Assembly (NCBI GenBank): GCA_965206645.1 | Contig: CBDBKE010000002.1 | Span: 192,001 to 256,000, forward strand | Source: Terriglobia bacterium | GTDB taxonomy: Bacteria; Acidobacteriota; Terriglobia; JAJPHL01; JAPKYU01 | DNA: 64,000 bases | Reading direction: 5' to 3' | Shown: positions 1 to 10,207 of the stretch, piece by piece | How positions within the stretch are numbered: the first letter of the stretch is position 1 | Layout of the letters: each line of letters begins with the position of its first letter | The notes under the pieces: model-generated | Seen by the model: only the letters and a program-made list of their open reading frames with translations | Database searches by the model: none | Told to the model about the DNA's origin: nothing | Translations under genes and position numbers: made by a program

Positions 1-467
1 GCGGGAAACAAGATCACGCTCGCCTCATCAACAACTGCGTGTTCTGCCATGGTGGCAGCGCCGAGCATGTGCTTCAACGCGATCCCGTCGAGCGTTTTTA
101 GCCGAGAAGTTCCATCCAAAAGCATGCCCTTGAAAGTGGTGTCTGCGAATCGCTGGCAGAGGTTAGGACGACCGTTGAGGCATCGGGCGCACGTTTCGCA
201 CGCCGGGAGCCAGTTGACGACAACACGGTCGCCCTGCTTAACCCGGCCGACCTGACTACCGACAGCCTCTACGACACCCGCCCCTTCGTGGCCCAAAACA
301 ATAGGCGGCCTGACGCGCAACTCCCCTCTGTACACATGCAAATCAGAGTGGCAGACACCGGCCACGCGCATGCGGACCAAGACTTCGGTCGCTTTCGGCG
401 GGTCGAGTTCAACCTCTTCAGTCGTCAGCCGACCAACCTCGCGCGCAAGTGCCGCTCGAATCCTCAT
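1..467 (-). CDS. Zn-dependent alcohol dehydrogenase (MDR family), N-terminal part, runs off window edge
   Basis: Manual translation from ATG 467: MRIRAAL...GVCHSDLH...VLGHEGAGVV...CETCARCLNGRPNLC; catalytic and structural Zn motifs present. Not in the ORF track because it is truncated. Confidence 0.92.
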   Translation of the reverse strand, partial: MRIRAALAREVGRLTTEEVELDPPKATEVLVRMRVAGVCHSDLHVYRGELRVRPPIVLGHEGAGVVEAVGSQVGRVKQGDRVVVNWLPACETCARCLNGRPNLCQRFADTTFKGMLLDGTSRLKTLDGIALKHMLGAATMAEHAVVDEASVILFP

Positions 468-1133
468 CCTGTGATGCCCCCTGCTTGTGTTTGGCAGACA
501 ATTCCGGCCATTCCGCCGCCGTGATTATGACCAAGACCTGGTTGTTGTTCAACCGCGCCGCGCTCGGAGTAGTAGGTCAGTTTCCGGGAAGCCGACTATT
601 CGCCCAACTGAAACCGGGATTGATAAACGCTAGCCCGTTAGTGGTGACCTGTCCGGCATTGGTGGTGACAGGGGCTCTTCTCGACAGCCATCAGGCAGCG
701 ATGATGCAGGAATGCTGCTTTCGAGTAGGGCAGATCAAAGTTCCATCGAAGAACCTAATTCGGGATTTGCAGACGATCTGCTATTAGCCAATATGAGTTG
801 TGCCGGCGGAGATAACCAACTATAATCTGCGACTTGCACTTTATCCTGCTTCCGCTTTCTTTCCCGGCTGTAATCTCTACCCTGTTTTAGTCTGGTAACA
901 TCTTTTGAGCAAAGGTAGCTGAACATGACCAGACGCGATCTCGTCCTGGCGGCACTGGCGCCCGCGAAGGGCGGTTTTTACCCCGCCGGAGGACAACCTG
1001 CAGGCTAAATATCGCAGCTAGCCTATCGGAAGCCGCCATCGCAAGGCAAGCGGGTTCGCGGCCCGGTTGGGGAGAATGGATTTAGAGCGTGATTCCCGAT
1101 TCCCCGCAGGGTTCCGGCGTGAGAAACAGCAGC

Positions 1134-2783
1134 TTACTGGTAATTGACGAAACTGATGACGTTATCCGAGTAACCCACATACCCATGATCGAGGCCGGAA
1201 GCTGTAAATGGGTTGATTATGTATACCCCCGTGAAGAGGGTGCCGGTAAAGAACTCAAAGGGCGGGAAGCCGATGGTGGTGGAGGGCGGCAGCGAGAGCA
1301 GGACGGCCGCAGGGACCGTGAACTGTCCGGGGCCGGATGGGACCTGGCAAAAAAAGGAAGCCCCGAAGGCGGTGCTGTCCGCATTGAGGACATAAGAAGC
1401 CCCCCCGATGATAACGGTGCCGTTGGCAGGCCCGCCCGTCCATTGAATGGTGAGATTCTGCGAGCGAGGAACGTTCGTGATGTTCGAGTTGGTCCAGTTC
1501 AAGGGAGCGCCAATGTTGATCGAGGACGAGAACGCTCCGACATCCGCGCCGCCCGGACCGCTGAAGGTGTAGTTTCCGGCGGTGATGTAGGTTCCGGGCT
1601 CCGGAGGAGTGTTGAACCTGGCGTCGTAAGTGCCTGGAAATTCCGTAAACCTTGGAATCTGGCGCGTGCCGTTGGGACCATTGACGGAGAGCGAAGCGCC
1701 CGCGTCGAGACCGACGGACGCGGCAAACGAGGGGTCTGGGGGGGCTTCCCCGGAGAAGTTGGAAACGACACAGCCGCCGATCGAAACCTGGTTGAGCCAT
1801 TCCTGAGATTGCAAGAGGGTCGCCTGGTCAACGCGAGCGAAGGTGGCGATCCCGTTTTCAAAAACCAGCGTGGTGGCGCCGCTGATGCCGAAGGAAGGGG
1901 CGCCGACCTTGCTCAGGAAGAAGGAGCCGATGCGGAGACTGCCCGTCGAGGAGAGTTGCTGCAAAGCTTCGGAAGACAAGCCGGTGGGATCGGAACAAGG
2001 GCCGCTGGTCGAGACGGCGATGGTGACGAAGTTGCTCACGATGTCATTGATCTTAACCGCGACGGGAATGGTGCAGCCGAGTTGCCCGGAAGGGACGATG
2101 AAATTGATCTGGTCAAGACCAGCGCAGCAGCCGGCGCGCCCTTGATATTGAACGTCTGCGTCGGCGGAGCCGACAAGGACTTCGACCGAAGCCGGCAGGT
2201 TGCCCTGGGCGGGCGGCTGGGTCTCGTCACCGGAGATGGGACCGAGGCCTGTTCCCCAAAGAATGACGACCTGACCGGGAGAGGCCGGGTTGAGGGCGGT
2301 GATCGGCTGGTTGCTGGCGTTGGTGATGATGGCGGCGCCGGTGCCGGCCTGGTTGAGCGTGAAGGCGCCGAAACTGGTCTCGACGACTTGGATGACGGCG
2401 GGCGCACTGGTGGTGCCGTTGTAAGTCAGCGTGAGGGTCCCGGTGCCGGTCGGCGTGTTGGAACGCAGGACAGCGGCGACCTGGCCGGCCGAGGTATAGA
2501 TCATGATGGCCTCGGTGGTGGTTCCCGAAACGGTGACGCTGATGGACGTGCCGACGAGATCCGTGGGGAGAGGGAACGAGGTTGCGTTCTGCAAGGTGGC
2601 CGGGCCGAGATTGGTTCCGAACACAATAAACATGCCGCCTTGGGGAATGCCGGAGTTGGGGAGCCCGGACAGGGCGTAACTCGCCGCGTTGACGACTCCG
2701 CCGGTGTTGATCACCGGTTGCTGCGCGACGGCAGTGGTGGCCAGAAACAGGAAAACTCCGAAAACGATACCGATTCGATTCAT
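1134..2783 (-). CDS. Secreted TIGR03437-family (Solibacter-type) / IPT-TIG-like protein
   Basis: Signal peptide; GGVVNAASY, IVFGTNLGP, PLPTDL, NPASPGQVVILWGTGLG and GLDQINF motifs typical of this Acidobacteria-expanded family. Confidence 0.8.
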   Translation of the reverse strand: MNRIGIVFGVFLFLATTAVAQQPVINTGGVVNAASYALSGLPNSGIPQGGMFIVFGTNLGPATLQNATSFPLPTDLVGTSISVTVSGTTTEAIMIYTSAGQVAAVLRSNTPTGTGTLTLTYNGTTSAPAVIQVVETSFGAFTLNQAGTGAAIITNASNQPITALNPASPGQVVILWGTGLGPISGDETQPPAQGNLPASVEVLVGSADADVQYQGRAGCCAGLDQINFIVPSGQLGCTIPVAVKINDIVSNFVTIAVSTSGPCSDPTGLSSEALQQLSSTGSLRIGSFFLSKVGAPSFGISGATTLVFENGIATFARVDQATLLQSQEWLNQVSIGGCVVSNFSGEAPPDPSFAASVGLDAGASLSVNGPNGTRQIPRFTEFPGTYDARFNTPPEPGTYITAGNYTFSGPGGADVGAFSSSINIGAPLNWTNSNITNVPRSQNLTIQWTGGPANGTVIIGGASYVLNADSTAFGASFFCQVPSGPGQFTVPAAVLLSLPPSTTIGFPPFEFFTGTLFTGVYIINPFTASGLDHGYVGYSDNVISFVNYQ

Positions 2784-2849
2784 TTCTCCTTCAATCCGGG
2801 ATTTCCATTATGGCCTCCCGGCTGTGCCAATGGTACACCCATTGGTCGG

Positions 2850-3093
2850 AATGGGAGCACATTTTTTGCCGCTCGACCTCGTCATGTGCTCAGCCTCGTG
2901 CAGCGACGGCCAGGTCACGATCGGCAGCAACCTGCTGGGCCAGCTCCCGCTCAGCAGCGAAGGCGCCGCGTTCTTGACTGCGAACTTTTTCTCCGACCTT
3001 CAGAGCGGCCGAATCGAGGCTTCCGGCCTGGACTTCGGCCTGTTTGGGTACAACGTCGGGGAGGTTCTTTTCGGAGTCACCCTGACGCAGTAA
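2850..3093 (+). CDS. Short hypothetical ORF or gene remnant
   Basis: Open frame with coding-like codon usage (…FGLFGYNVGEVLFGVTLTQ*); no recognisable motif. Confidence 0.25.
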
Positions 3094-3537
3094 TATTCTC
3101 CACCTGATTGTTTCCTGCTCCCGGGCAGCGCGTCGCCCAGTCGCTGCCCGCTGACGAACATCGCCCACCATGCCGGGCAAAGGTTCATCCAGGCTCATCC
3201 GGGTTTAGAGAACTGGTATGCAGAGGGAAGGCGCTTTGCGGGGCGTGGCATGTCCCCTCACTCAGCCGCCTTGGTCTTCGCTGTTTTCTTCCGGGCTTTG
3301 GACCAGCGGGCTCTTTGAGTCTCTGAGTACAAGACGTTTACTTCAGATTCAGTGGATAGGGTCCCCACTAGTCGGTTAGCGTTTACCTATGCTGCCACGC
3401 AGCCCACTTGGCCGTAAAACGCCCTTTCCGGAAACTGACCTACCACCGCGCGCGGCGGGCTCTCTGCTTACTGGATTATAGGTGAGTTGCCGACGGCGAC
3501 GCCTGTGGCTCTAGCCCGTACTTTTCCTGGCCGAAGT

Positions 3538-4467
3538 CTAAGCGGGCGACTTGGGGCGGGTTGGGGTAGGTGGTTCGTCCGGGGGGATGAGCTTCAGCGG
3601 GGTGCGGGCCAGTTGCTGGCGCGCGTAGGATGCCCAGGGGCTGCTGGGGTCCAGTTTTAAGTAAGCGCGCCAGTGATGGACGGCCTTGCCGCGCATCTCC
3701 AATTTTTCGTACACCAACGCCAGGTTGTAGTGCGCGTCGCCGTAGTCGGGCGAGAGACGCAGGGCCTGTTCGTAAGACTGCCGGGCTTCCTCCAGATTTC
3801 CCCGCTCATCGTGGACGTTGCCCAGATTGAAGCAGGCCAGCGAATATTGCGGATCGATTTCGATGGCTGCACGGTAGCACTTTTCGGCCTCGGCCAGGCG
3901 GTGCTCGTTGTAGTACAGGGTTCCCAGATTGATGTAGGCGCCGGCGGCTTTCGGGTTCAGCGCGATGGCCCGGCAGTATGACTGCATCGCCTCGGGCAGC
4001 GTTTCCGGGTGCTGTTCCAGATCCAGGCCGCGGAGGAACCACTCCTCGGCCTCCTGCCGACGATGCGGAAGCTCGGCCGGGGGAGTCTTCAAGGCGCGGA
4101 TGCTGGCTTGCAACTGACGGGTCTCGAAGTTAAACAGCAGCTGTCCGGTGTCGGGGTCCATTGTCGCGCCCCGGTAGTTGACGATAACCCGATGCCCGTC
4201 GGAGGAAATCTTCAGCTCCGTCAGAGGGTGTTCAACTTCGTTCAGCTTGCGCTTCAGCGCGACAACGCTACGCTGGATTTTCTTCAGTGGGATGTTGCTG
4301 CTGCGGAGCTTCTGGATGGTCTTCAGCGCGATCAGGTCGGAGAAGCTGTACGGGCCGGTATGGCTCACCAGCCCTTGCTTCTGCCAGGCAGTCAACTGGC
4401 GTTGGGAAAGGCCAAGAATCCTGCCCATCTCCTCGCGCGAATAGCTCTCGCCTTGGGCGGATGCCAT
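3538..4467 (-). CDS. MerR-type HTH + tetratricopeptide-repeat protein
   Basis: N-terminal YSREEMGRILGLSQRQLTAWQKQGL...YSFSDLIALK (MerR HTH); C-terminal TPRs (AYINLGTLY, ACFNLGNVH, AHYNLALVY). Starts 4 bp after the ku stop. Confidence 0.85.
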   Translation of the reverse strand: MASAQGESYSREEMGRILGLSQRQLTAWQKQGLVSHTGPYSFSDLIALKTIQKLRSSNIPLKKIQRSVVALKRKLNEVEHPLTELKISSDGHRVIVNYRGATMDPDTGQLLFNFETRQLQASIRALKTPPAELPHRRQEAEEWFLRGLDLEQHPETLPEAMQSYCRAIALNPKAAGAYINLGTLYYNEHRLAEAEKCYRAAIEIDPQYSLACFNLGNVHDERGNLEEARQSYEQALRLSPDYGDAHYNLALVYEKLEMRGKAVHHWRAYLKLDPSSPWASYARQQLARTPLKLIPPDEPPTPTRPKSPA

Positions 4468-4471
4468 CGAG

Positions 4472-5380
4472 CTAACTGCTCCGGGACCGCGCCGACTTGC
4501 GCCGCGCCCGAGCCGCAGGCGCCGCTCCGGCCGCCGCCGGCTCAGTCACTCGCTGCGCCGGGTGAACTGCCGGCTCGGCCGCCGAGTCAGCGGCGGCCTG
4601 CTTGCGTGGCAACTTGCGCGCGTCTTCCAGACTCTTCTTCAGCGCCGCCATCAGGTCAATGACCGGAGCCAGCTTGGGCTTTTCCACTTCCGTCACCGGC
4701 TGGCCCTGGAGCTTGGCATCCAGCATCGTGCGCAGGTTCGCCTGGAAGCTGTCGCTGTATTTCTCAGGCTCAAAGGGGGCGCTCAGGCTTTCGATCAACG
4801 AGTGAGCCAACTCCAGTTCCTTCTCCTTGACTTCCAGGCCGTTGACCGGGCCTAGCTCTTCGATCCGTCCCACCTCGTGCCGGAAAAACATGCTATGGAG
4901 AGCCAGCCCCTGCGCGAGCGGTCGCAGGACCGCCGTGTACTCGCGGTTGTGCATGGATAACCGGGCGATCGCGCACTTGCCGCTATCCGCCATCGCCCGC
5001 CGCAGCAGCACATAGGCGCGCAGCCCCGGATCGTCCGGCACCAGGTAGTAGGAGGTGTCGAAGAACATTGCGTCGACTTCGGCCAGGGGGACAAACTCCA
5101 GAATCTCCATAGCCCGGGCGGGGCGGGGCTCGATCTTCTTGATCTCCTCCGGGCTGACCTCGATGTAACGGTCCTTCTCGAACTCGTAGCCCTTGACGAT
5201 TTCCTCCCGCGTGACCGGCCGCTCGTGCACCGGGCAGATGTACTGCTGCTTGACGCGCGTGCCGCACTCCTTATGGAGCATACGGAAGCTGATGCCCTCG
5301 CTGCGCGCCGCCGAGAACAGCTTCACCGGGATGGAAATCAGGCCGAAGGTCACGTAGCCTGACCAGACTGAGCTGGGCAT
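4472..5380 (-). CDS. ku: Non-homologous end-joining protein Ku
   Basis: WSGYVTFGLISIPVKL, IVKGYEF, EILEFV, YYLVPD, VIDLMAALKKSL and a basic C-terminal tail. Confidence 0.96.
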   Translation of the reverse strand: MPSSVWSGYVTFGLISIPVKLFSAARSEGISFRMLHKECGTRVKQQYICPVHERPVTREEIVKGYEFEKDRYIEVSPEEIKKIEPRPARAMEILEFVPLAEVDAMFFDTSYYLVPDDPGLRAYVLLRRAMADSGKCAIARLSMHNREYTAVLRPLAQGLALHSMFFRHEVGRIEELGPVNGLEVKEKELELAHSLIESLSAPFEPEKYSDSFQANLRTMLDAKLQGQPVTEVEKPKLAPVIDLMAALKKSLEDARKLPRKQAAADSAAEPAVHPAQRVTEPAAAGAAPAARARRKSARSRSS

Positions 5381-5539
5381 AACCCGGCCATGCTAGCACG
5401 GAATCGCGCGATCAGAGCAGCGCCGCGTACCAACTCAGGCATGAGACCCCACACCCGTGGACCGGTCGGCAATTCGGTCTTGGCGAAACCCAAAACGCTG
5501 TGATAACGTTGACTCGGTCGCAAGAGGGCATTGGGCACA

Positions 5540-5800
5540 ATGCAGAGAGACGAGTTCCCCCACCCACAGCGCGAAGCGGCCTTCTTCTTTGGTCTGTTCC
5601 TGCGTGGTCATTCCGCCGAGCGGTTGCGCCGCGACATTGATGTGCCCCGAGAAATCCTGGCCAAGTGGCAGCGCGCCTGGGAACATGGTCAACTGGGGTT
5701 TCCCGCCAAAGCGCGCCGCGCCTACGAATTCCGCAAACAAGTGCTGGCGATCTTCGACTTCCTGGTTTCCTCCGAGAACAGTCATTCCCTTAAAATGTAG
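5540..5800 (+). CDS. Small hypothetical protein
   Basis: Clean ORF between ku and clpP (EAAFFFGLFLRGHSAERLRRDIDVP); protein-like composition; alternative TTG start at 5531. Confidence 0.65.
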   Translation: MQRDEFPHPQREAAFFFGLFLRGHSAERLRRDIDVPREILAKWQRAWEHGQLGFPAKARRAYEFRKQVLAIFDFLVSSENSHSLKM

Positions 5801-5848
5801 GCCAGCCGAGGCAGGTTCAGGCGAGGGCGAGGAAAAGCAGCGCCGGGG

Positions 5849-6451
5849 CTAAGGGACCGAGGCGGGCACGAGCCGGCGTTCCAGGACCTGGTCCACGATG
5901 CCGTAGGCGATCGCCTGTTCCGGCGTGAGGATGAAATCGCGGTCCACGTCCTGTTCCGTCTTCTCCACCGACTGGCCGGTGTGCTGGGCCAGCAGACGGT
6001 TGAGCTGCTCCCGCAGCCTCAGGATTTCCCGGGCGTAGATGTCAATGTCGGTAGCCTGTCCAGAAAGCCCGTAGAGGGAGGGTTGGTGCAGTAAGATACG
6101 CGAGTGCGGCAGCGCATAGCGCTTGCCGCGCGTGCCGGCGGCCAGCAGGATCGCGGCCATGCTACCCGCCTGTCCCATGCAGATGGTGCTAACCTCGTTG
6201 CGCACGAACTGCATCGTGTCGTAGATCGCCATGCCGGCCGAGACGGAGCCCCCAGGCGAGTTAATGTACAGGGCGATGTCCCGCTCCGGGTCTTCGGCTG
6301 CCACAAACAGCATCTGGGCGATGACGTTGTTGGCGATCTCGTCATCGATCGGCATTCCCAGGAAAATAATGTTCTCCCGCAGTAGCCGGGAATAAATATC
6401 GAAGGCGCGCTCGCCACGCGGCGTCTGCTCCACCACCATGGGAATCAGCAT
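5849..6451 (-). CDS. clpP: ATP-dependent Clp protease proteolytic subunit
   Basis: [29 protein letters not shown]; catalytic Ser (GQAGSM), His (LLHQP) and Asp (DRD). Confidence 0.97.
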   Translation of the reverse strand: MLIPMVVEQTPRGERAFDIYSRLLRENIIFLGMPIDDEIANNVIAQMLFVAAEDPERDIALYINSPGGSVSAGMAIYDTMQFVRNEVSTICMGQAGSMAAILLAAGTRGKRYALPHSRILLHQPSLYGLSGQATDIDIYAREILRLREQLNRLLAQHTGQSVEKTEQDVDRDFILTPEQAIAYGIVDQVLERRLVPASVP

Positions 6452-6723
6452 TTGCTTCTGTCCTCGGCGACCGTCTCTATATCCTCGGCGACTGCTTCTA
6501 TGTTATCCGGAAAGCGGAAGCACAGCAACCGCCAGGTCCCTCGTGAAGCTTTAGCCCCGCACCTCCCCTCCTTTTCCCCATGACCACTCGGCTGCCCTCG
6601 AAGCACCCGCTGCCGGGCTCTTTCTGGCCCGCGTGCTAAACTGGCCGCAATGTCGAGCCGTCGCAACCCGTGCACTCGCGGTGTGAGACGGTGGGATTGG
6701 ATCCTGCTCGTTGTGGTGGCGCA

Positions 6724-9009
6724 ATGAGCCGCTCGCGACAATTCCTGTTGCTGGGCGGGTTCACCCTGTTGCTTCACCTTCCTTTCCTGTTCCAGCCGGT
6801 CCATGAGGACGAAGTCAATTACCTGGATATGGCGGAGCAAGTCCTCGAGCGGCCATTGACTCCGCTGAATTTTCGCTACGTGTTCCAGGGGCGCCTGGTA
6901 GACATGGCCGGCCATCCGCACCCGCCGCTGAATGCCTACTTCCTGGCTATGCTCTGGGCACCATGGGGAGCCTTCTCGCCATTGTTCTTTCACGCCGCCT
7001 ACCTGCTATTCGCGTTGACCATCAGCTTTGCGGCCTACGCGCTGGCCGCGCGTTTCACAACCCAGCCGCTATGGGCGGCGCTGCTGGTAGCTTCCTCGCC
7101 GCTGGTGCAGGTAAACACCAACACTCTGGCAGCGGAGGGCCCGACGCTGGCGTTTCTGCTTCTGGGTGCGGCCTTGTACCTGCGCGAGCGTTTCTTGGCC
7201 GGAGGAATCTTCCTGGCGTTAGCCGGCTTCGCAGCCTTACAGGCGCTGGCGTTGCCGCCGATCTTGCTGCTGAGCTATGCCTGGCGGCGGGCGCGCCCCC
7301 CCCGCGCCGCGTGGGCGGCCGCGGCCGCGCCCTTCCTGCTGCTGGGAGCCTGGCAGGCGCTGCAATTCGCGTTCATCCACCGCCTCCCGTTTGCGGTGTT
7401 GCTTGGCTACATGACCGGCCCCACTTTGGGAAAGCTCAGCTTGAAAGGTGCCAATGCCCTGGCGCTGCTCCAGCACCTGGGCGTGCTGGTAACGTTGCTG
7501 CCGCTGTCCCGGCTCCGGCCGCTGCTGCTGGTCCCAGGCCTGCTGGCCGCCGTGCTGGTTCCAGGATACCCCTGGTGGGAGCGCGCGGTGCTGCTCGTTT
7601 TCGTGTCTCTCGGGATCCATGCTCTTCTCTGGCTCTGGAACGCCCGTAACCGCGAGCCCTTCCTGGCTGGCTGGTGCCTGCTGTACTTCGCCTTTGCGCT
7701 TGTGGCTTTCTTTGCTGGCGCGGCGCGCTACCTGCTGCCGCTGGTCGCGCCGATGGTCTTGCTGGTGGTGCGGCAGTGCGCTACACGACCACGATGGTTG
7801 GCGCTGGCCCTGGTGTTTAATACCTTTCTCGGTCTGAATCTCTCCTTCGCCACCTACGAATTTGCGCGGCTGTACCCTCAGCTCCAGCCGCCACCCGGCG
7901 TCACGTTTTTGGTAAACGGCGAGTGGGGCTTCCGCTACTACATGGTCCAACAGGGCGGGCGCATGCTCCAACAGAGCAGCGTACCGCTGTCCGGCGAATG
8001 GGTTATCTCTTCGGAGATGTCGCTGGCGGGAAACTACGGAAGCCTGGCGGGAGCCCTAGCCGTGCCGCTCGAAGTGAGAGAACTTGCTGTTCGCAGCCCG
8101 CTGCGCCTGGTGGACCGCTACGCGCACAGCGGCTTTTCCAGCGTGACTTTCGGTCTGCTACCTTTTTCGTTTTCACGCCGGCCCGTGGACCGCGTTACCT
8201 ATGCCCGGACCTCCCCTTTCCTGAACTTGGAAGCACCCTGGACCCCAACACAGTTTGACGGCCGCCTCGTGTATCTGCCTGCGCCCGGCGCTGCCATCCG
8301 CCTGCCCTTGGAACCTGCCTGGCAGAGCCTGCGCTTGGCCCTGTTTGGTAACGAAAGCGGCCAAGCCACCTTCAAGATTTGGGACTCATCGGGTCGGATG
8401 CTCCTTGAGGAGAAAGTCGAAGTCCTCGAGGAGTTATGGGAACCTCGAACGGTGCCGCTTGACGGGGCGCGCGAGGTGGTGTTGTCGGTTGAAGCTTCCC
8501 CCGGACTGCGCGCAGGCTGGGGGGAGCTGGTTCCCGTCGGCGCCGACGGGCCCACCGCCGTTCCGGCCCGCTCGGCCACCGCTCCTGGGAGCGATCCCTC
8601 CCTCAGCTACCTTCATCTCGGTGACCTGCGTGCCAGGCATCAGTTGTTGGGACGATGGTATCCCATTGAAGACGGCAGCTGGCGCTGGATGGGCAAGCAG
8701 GCTCGGGCGGTCTTGAGGACCCCGCAGGAATCGCCGGTAGACTTTGAACTGCGGCTGTTTTTCCCAAAGAATCACCCGCAGCGAGCGGGCGGGCCGGTGA
8801 CCGTCTCTGTCCTGCTGGAAAACGAGCTGCTCGTGGAGAAGACCTACCGTGCGGCCGGGGTCTACACCATCCGCCAGCCGGTGCCGCCCGGTTCCCTTCC
8901 CCACCCTGTCACCCGGATCACCATCCGCCTGGACCGCGCTGTTCCGGCGACGGGCGAGGAGCAGCGCGAGCTGGGCGCGGTGGTGCTGGGCTTTGGTTTC
9001 GCGAGATGA
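6724..9009 (+). CDS. GT-C fold (ArnT/PMT-like) membrane glycosyltransferase with C-terminal extracytoplasmic domains
   Basis: HEDE acidic motif after TM1, HPPL motif, many TM segments, ARYLLP motif, soluble beta-rich C-terminus. Confidence 0.7.
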   Translation: MSRSRQFLLLGGFTLLLHLPFLFQPVHEDEVNYLDMAEQVLERPLTPLNFRYVFQGRLVDMAGHPHPPLNAYFLAMLWAPWGAFSPLFFHAAYLLFALTISFAAYALAARFTTQPLWAALLVASSPLVQVNTNTLAAEGPTLAFLLLGAALYLRERFLAGGIFLALAGFAALQALALPPILLLSYAWRRARPPRAAWAAAAAPFLLLGAWQALQFAFIHRLPFAVLLGYMTGPTLGKLSLKGANALALLQHLGVLVTLLPLSRLRPLLLVPGLLAAVLVPGYPWWERAVLLVFVSLGIHALLWLWNARNREPFLAGWCLLYFAFALVAFFAGAARYLLPLVAPMVLLVVRQCATRPRWLALALVFNTFLGLNLSFATYEFARLYPQLQPPPGVTFLVNGEWGFRYYMVQQGGRMLQQSSVPLSGEWVISSEMSLAGNYGSLAGALAVPLEVRELAVRSPLRLVDRYAHSGFSSVTFGLLPFSFSRRPVDRVTYARTSPFLNLEAPWTPTQFDGRLVYLPAPGAAIRLPLEPAWQSLRLALFGNESGQATFKIWDSSGRMLLEEKVEVLEELWEPRTVPLDGAREVVLSVEASPGLRAGWGELVPVGADGPTAVPARSATAPGSDPSLSYLHLGDLRARHQLLGRWYPIEDGSWRWMGKQARAVLRTPQESPVDFELRLFFPKNHPQRAGGPVTVSVLLENELLVEKTYRAAGVYTIRQPVPPGSLPHPVTRITIRLDRAVPATGEEQRELGAVVLGFGFAR

Positions 9010-9022
9010 GCGGTGGTCTACT

Positions 9023-10207
9023 TCAGCGGGCCACCAGCAGCCCCGTGGAGAACATCACTAGAAATCCAGCCGCAAATCCGGCCAGGTTTGGGGCGCTGAA
9101 CAGAGAGCCGGCGCGAGTCAAGTATTTACCCACCTGGTAGAGCACCTGGAGGATGGCGCCGGTGCCCAGCGCCAGGAACAGCAGGGCCCAGGCCTCCGAG
9201 TACACCAGCCCGCCGATCAACGCGCCGAAGATCGTTGGCACTCCAGCCACCGCTCCCAGCCAGACCAACTGGCGGATTTTCACGCGTTCGCGCATCAAGG
9301 GGGCCACGATCGCGACCCCTTCAGTGGTGTTGTGCAGTGCGAAGCCCAACACCAGCATGGTACCCAGGGCTGCCTCGCCCAGCGCGAAGGCAGCGCCCAC
9401 CGCCAAACCTTCGCCCAGGTTGTGCAGCCCGATACCGATGCTGATGGAAGTTGCGAGTCCCATGGATTCGGATTGCGCGCCCACAGGCCTTTGGCCCGCC
9501 GCAGCCAGGGCCAGCAGGCTGCCCGCCACGCCTGCTGCGATCAGGGCGAATGGTTGGTAGGCGCCTGGAATCCGTCCTGCGGTTTCCAGCGCCTCGTGTA
9601 ACGCATCCACCGCCAGGAAAAACAGCAGGCCCACCGTCAGCGCCAGTAGGAAGTGCATACCCGCCTGGGGGAGGCGCCGGAGAAAGGGGAGGAAGGCCAA
9701 TCCCAGGAAGACCGGCAGAACGCCGACATAGGTTCCCATCAGGATGAACAGCCCGGCGGCGTGCCAACCCAGTTGCGGCGTGGCCACGGCCACCGGGATT
9801 TCCCGCGTAAAGGTCAGGCCGGTGCTGGTGATCAGCGTCACTTCGTGCGTTTCGCCCTGCACCCAGGGATAGGGAACTCGCACCTCGGCTTGCCCCAGCC
9901 GCGGGATGCGTCGGCCAGGCGTGACCGTGTGCGTCCAAAAGGCCTCGTCCACAATGACCTGGGCCAACGTGAGTTCTGCCGGCCCGACGTTGGTCACCTG
10001 CAGGATGATCTCGTCGGGCTGGAGCACGATGCGCCGGATCGAAAGCTCCTCGGGTGGCGGCACGCCGATTTGGAAGACGCGGTCAGGCCGCCACACTAGT
10101 AGCAACACAAAGCCGGCGGCAATGGCCAACAGCGGCAGCAGGGCTGCCACCCAGCGGCGCGCTTGAGGCGCTCGTTGCTCGGCCGGAACCGTTGCGCGCT
10201 CGCTCAT
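9023..10207 (-). CDS. ZIP-family metal transporter with N-terminal extracytoplasmic domain
   Basis: IGLHNLGEGLAVG and LHNTTEG ZIP signature motifs; overlaps the oxidase stop (ATGA). Confidence 0.9.
   Translation of the reverse strand: MSERATVPAEQRAPQARRWVAALLPLLAIAAGFVLLLVWRPDRVFQIGVPPPEELSIRRIVLQPDEIILQVTNVGPAELTLAQVIVDEAFWTHTVTPGRRIPRLGQAEVRVPYPWVQGETHEVTLITSTGLTFTREIPVAVATPQLGWHAAGLFILMGTYVGVLPVFLGLAFLPFLRRLPQAGMHFLLALTVGLLFFLAVDALHEALETAGRIPGAYQPFALIAAGVAGSLLALAAAGQRPVGAQSESMGLATSISIGIGLHNLGEGLAVGAAFALGEAALGTMLVLGFALHNTTEGVAIVAPLMRERVKIRQLVWLGAVAGVPTIFGALIGGLVYSEAWALLFLALGTGAILQVLYQVGKYLTRAGSLFSAPNLAGFAAGFLVMFSTGLLVAR

Noticed and set aside
925-1008. 27-aa ORF MTRRDLVLAALAPAKGG… that looks like a gene start
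   Set aside because: Too short and ends without any domain; at most a remnant, not supportable without a search.
1089-3107. 672-aa plus-strand ORF and other long antisense ORFs (10054-11031, 28979-30385, 37008-38282, 52540-53712, 57403-58677)
   Set aside because: Shadow frames of well-supported genes on the opposite strand in high-GC DNA; no motifs.
3230-3530. Intergenic stretches (also 480-920 and 44370-44590) as possible ncRNA or riboswitch
   Set aside because: No recognisable Rfam-like motif or convincing structure by eye; an Infernal scan would be needed.
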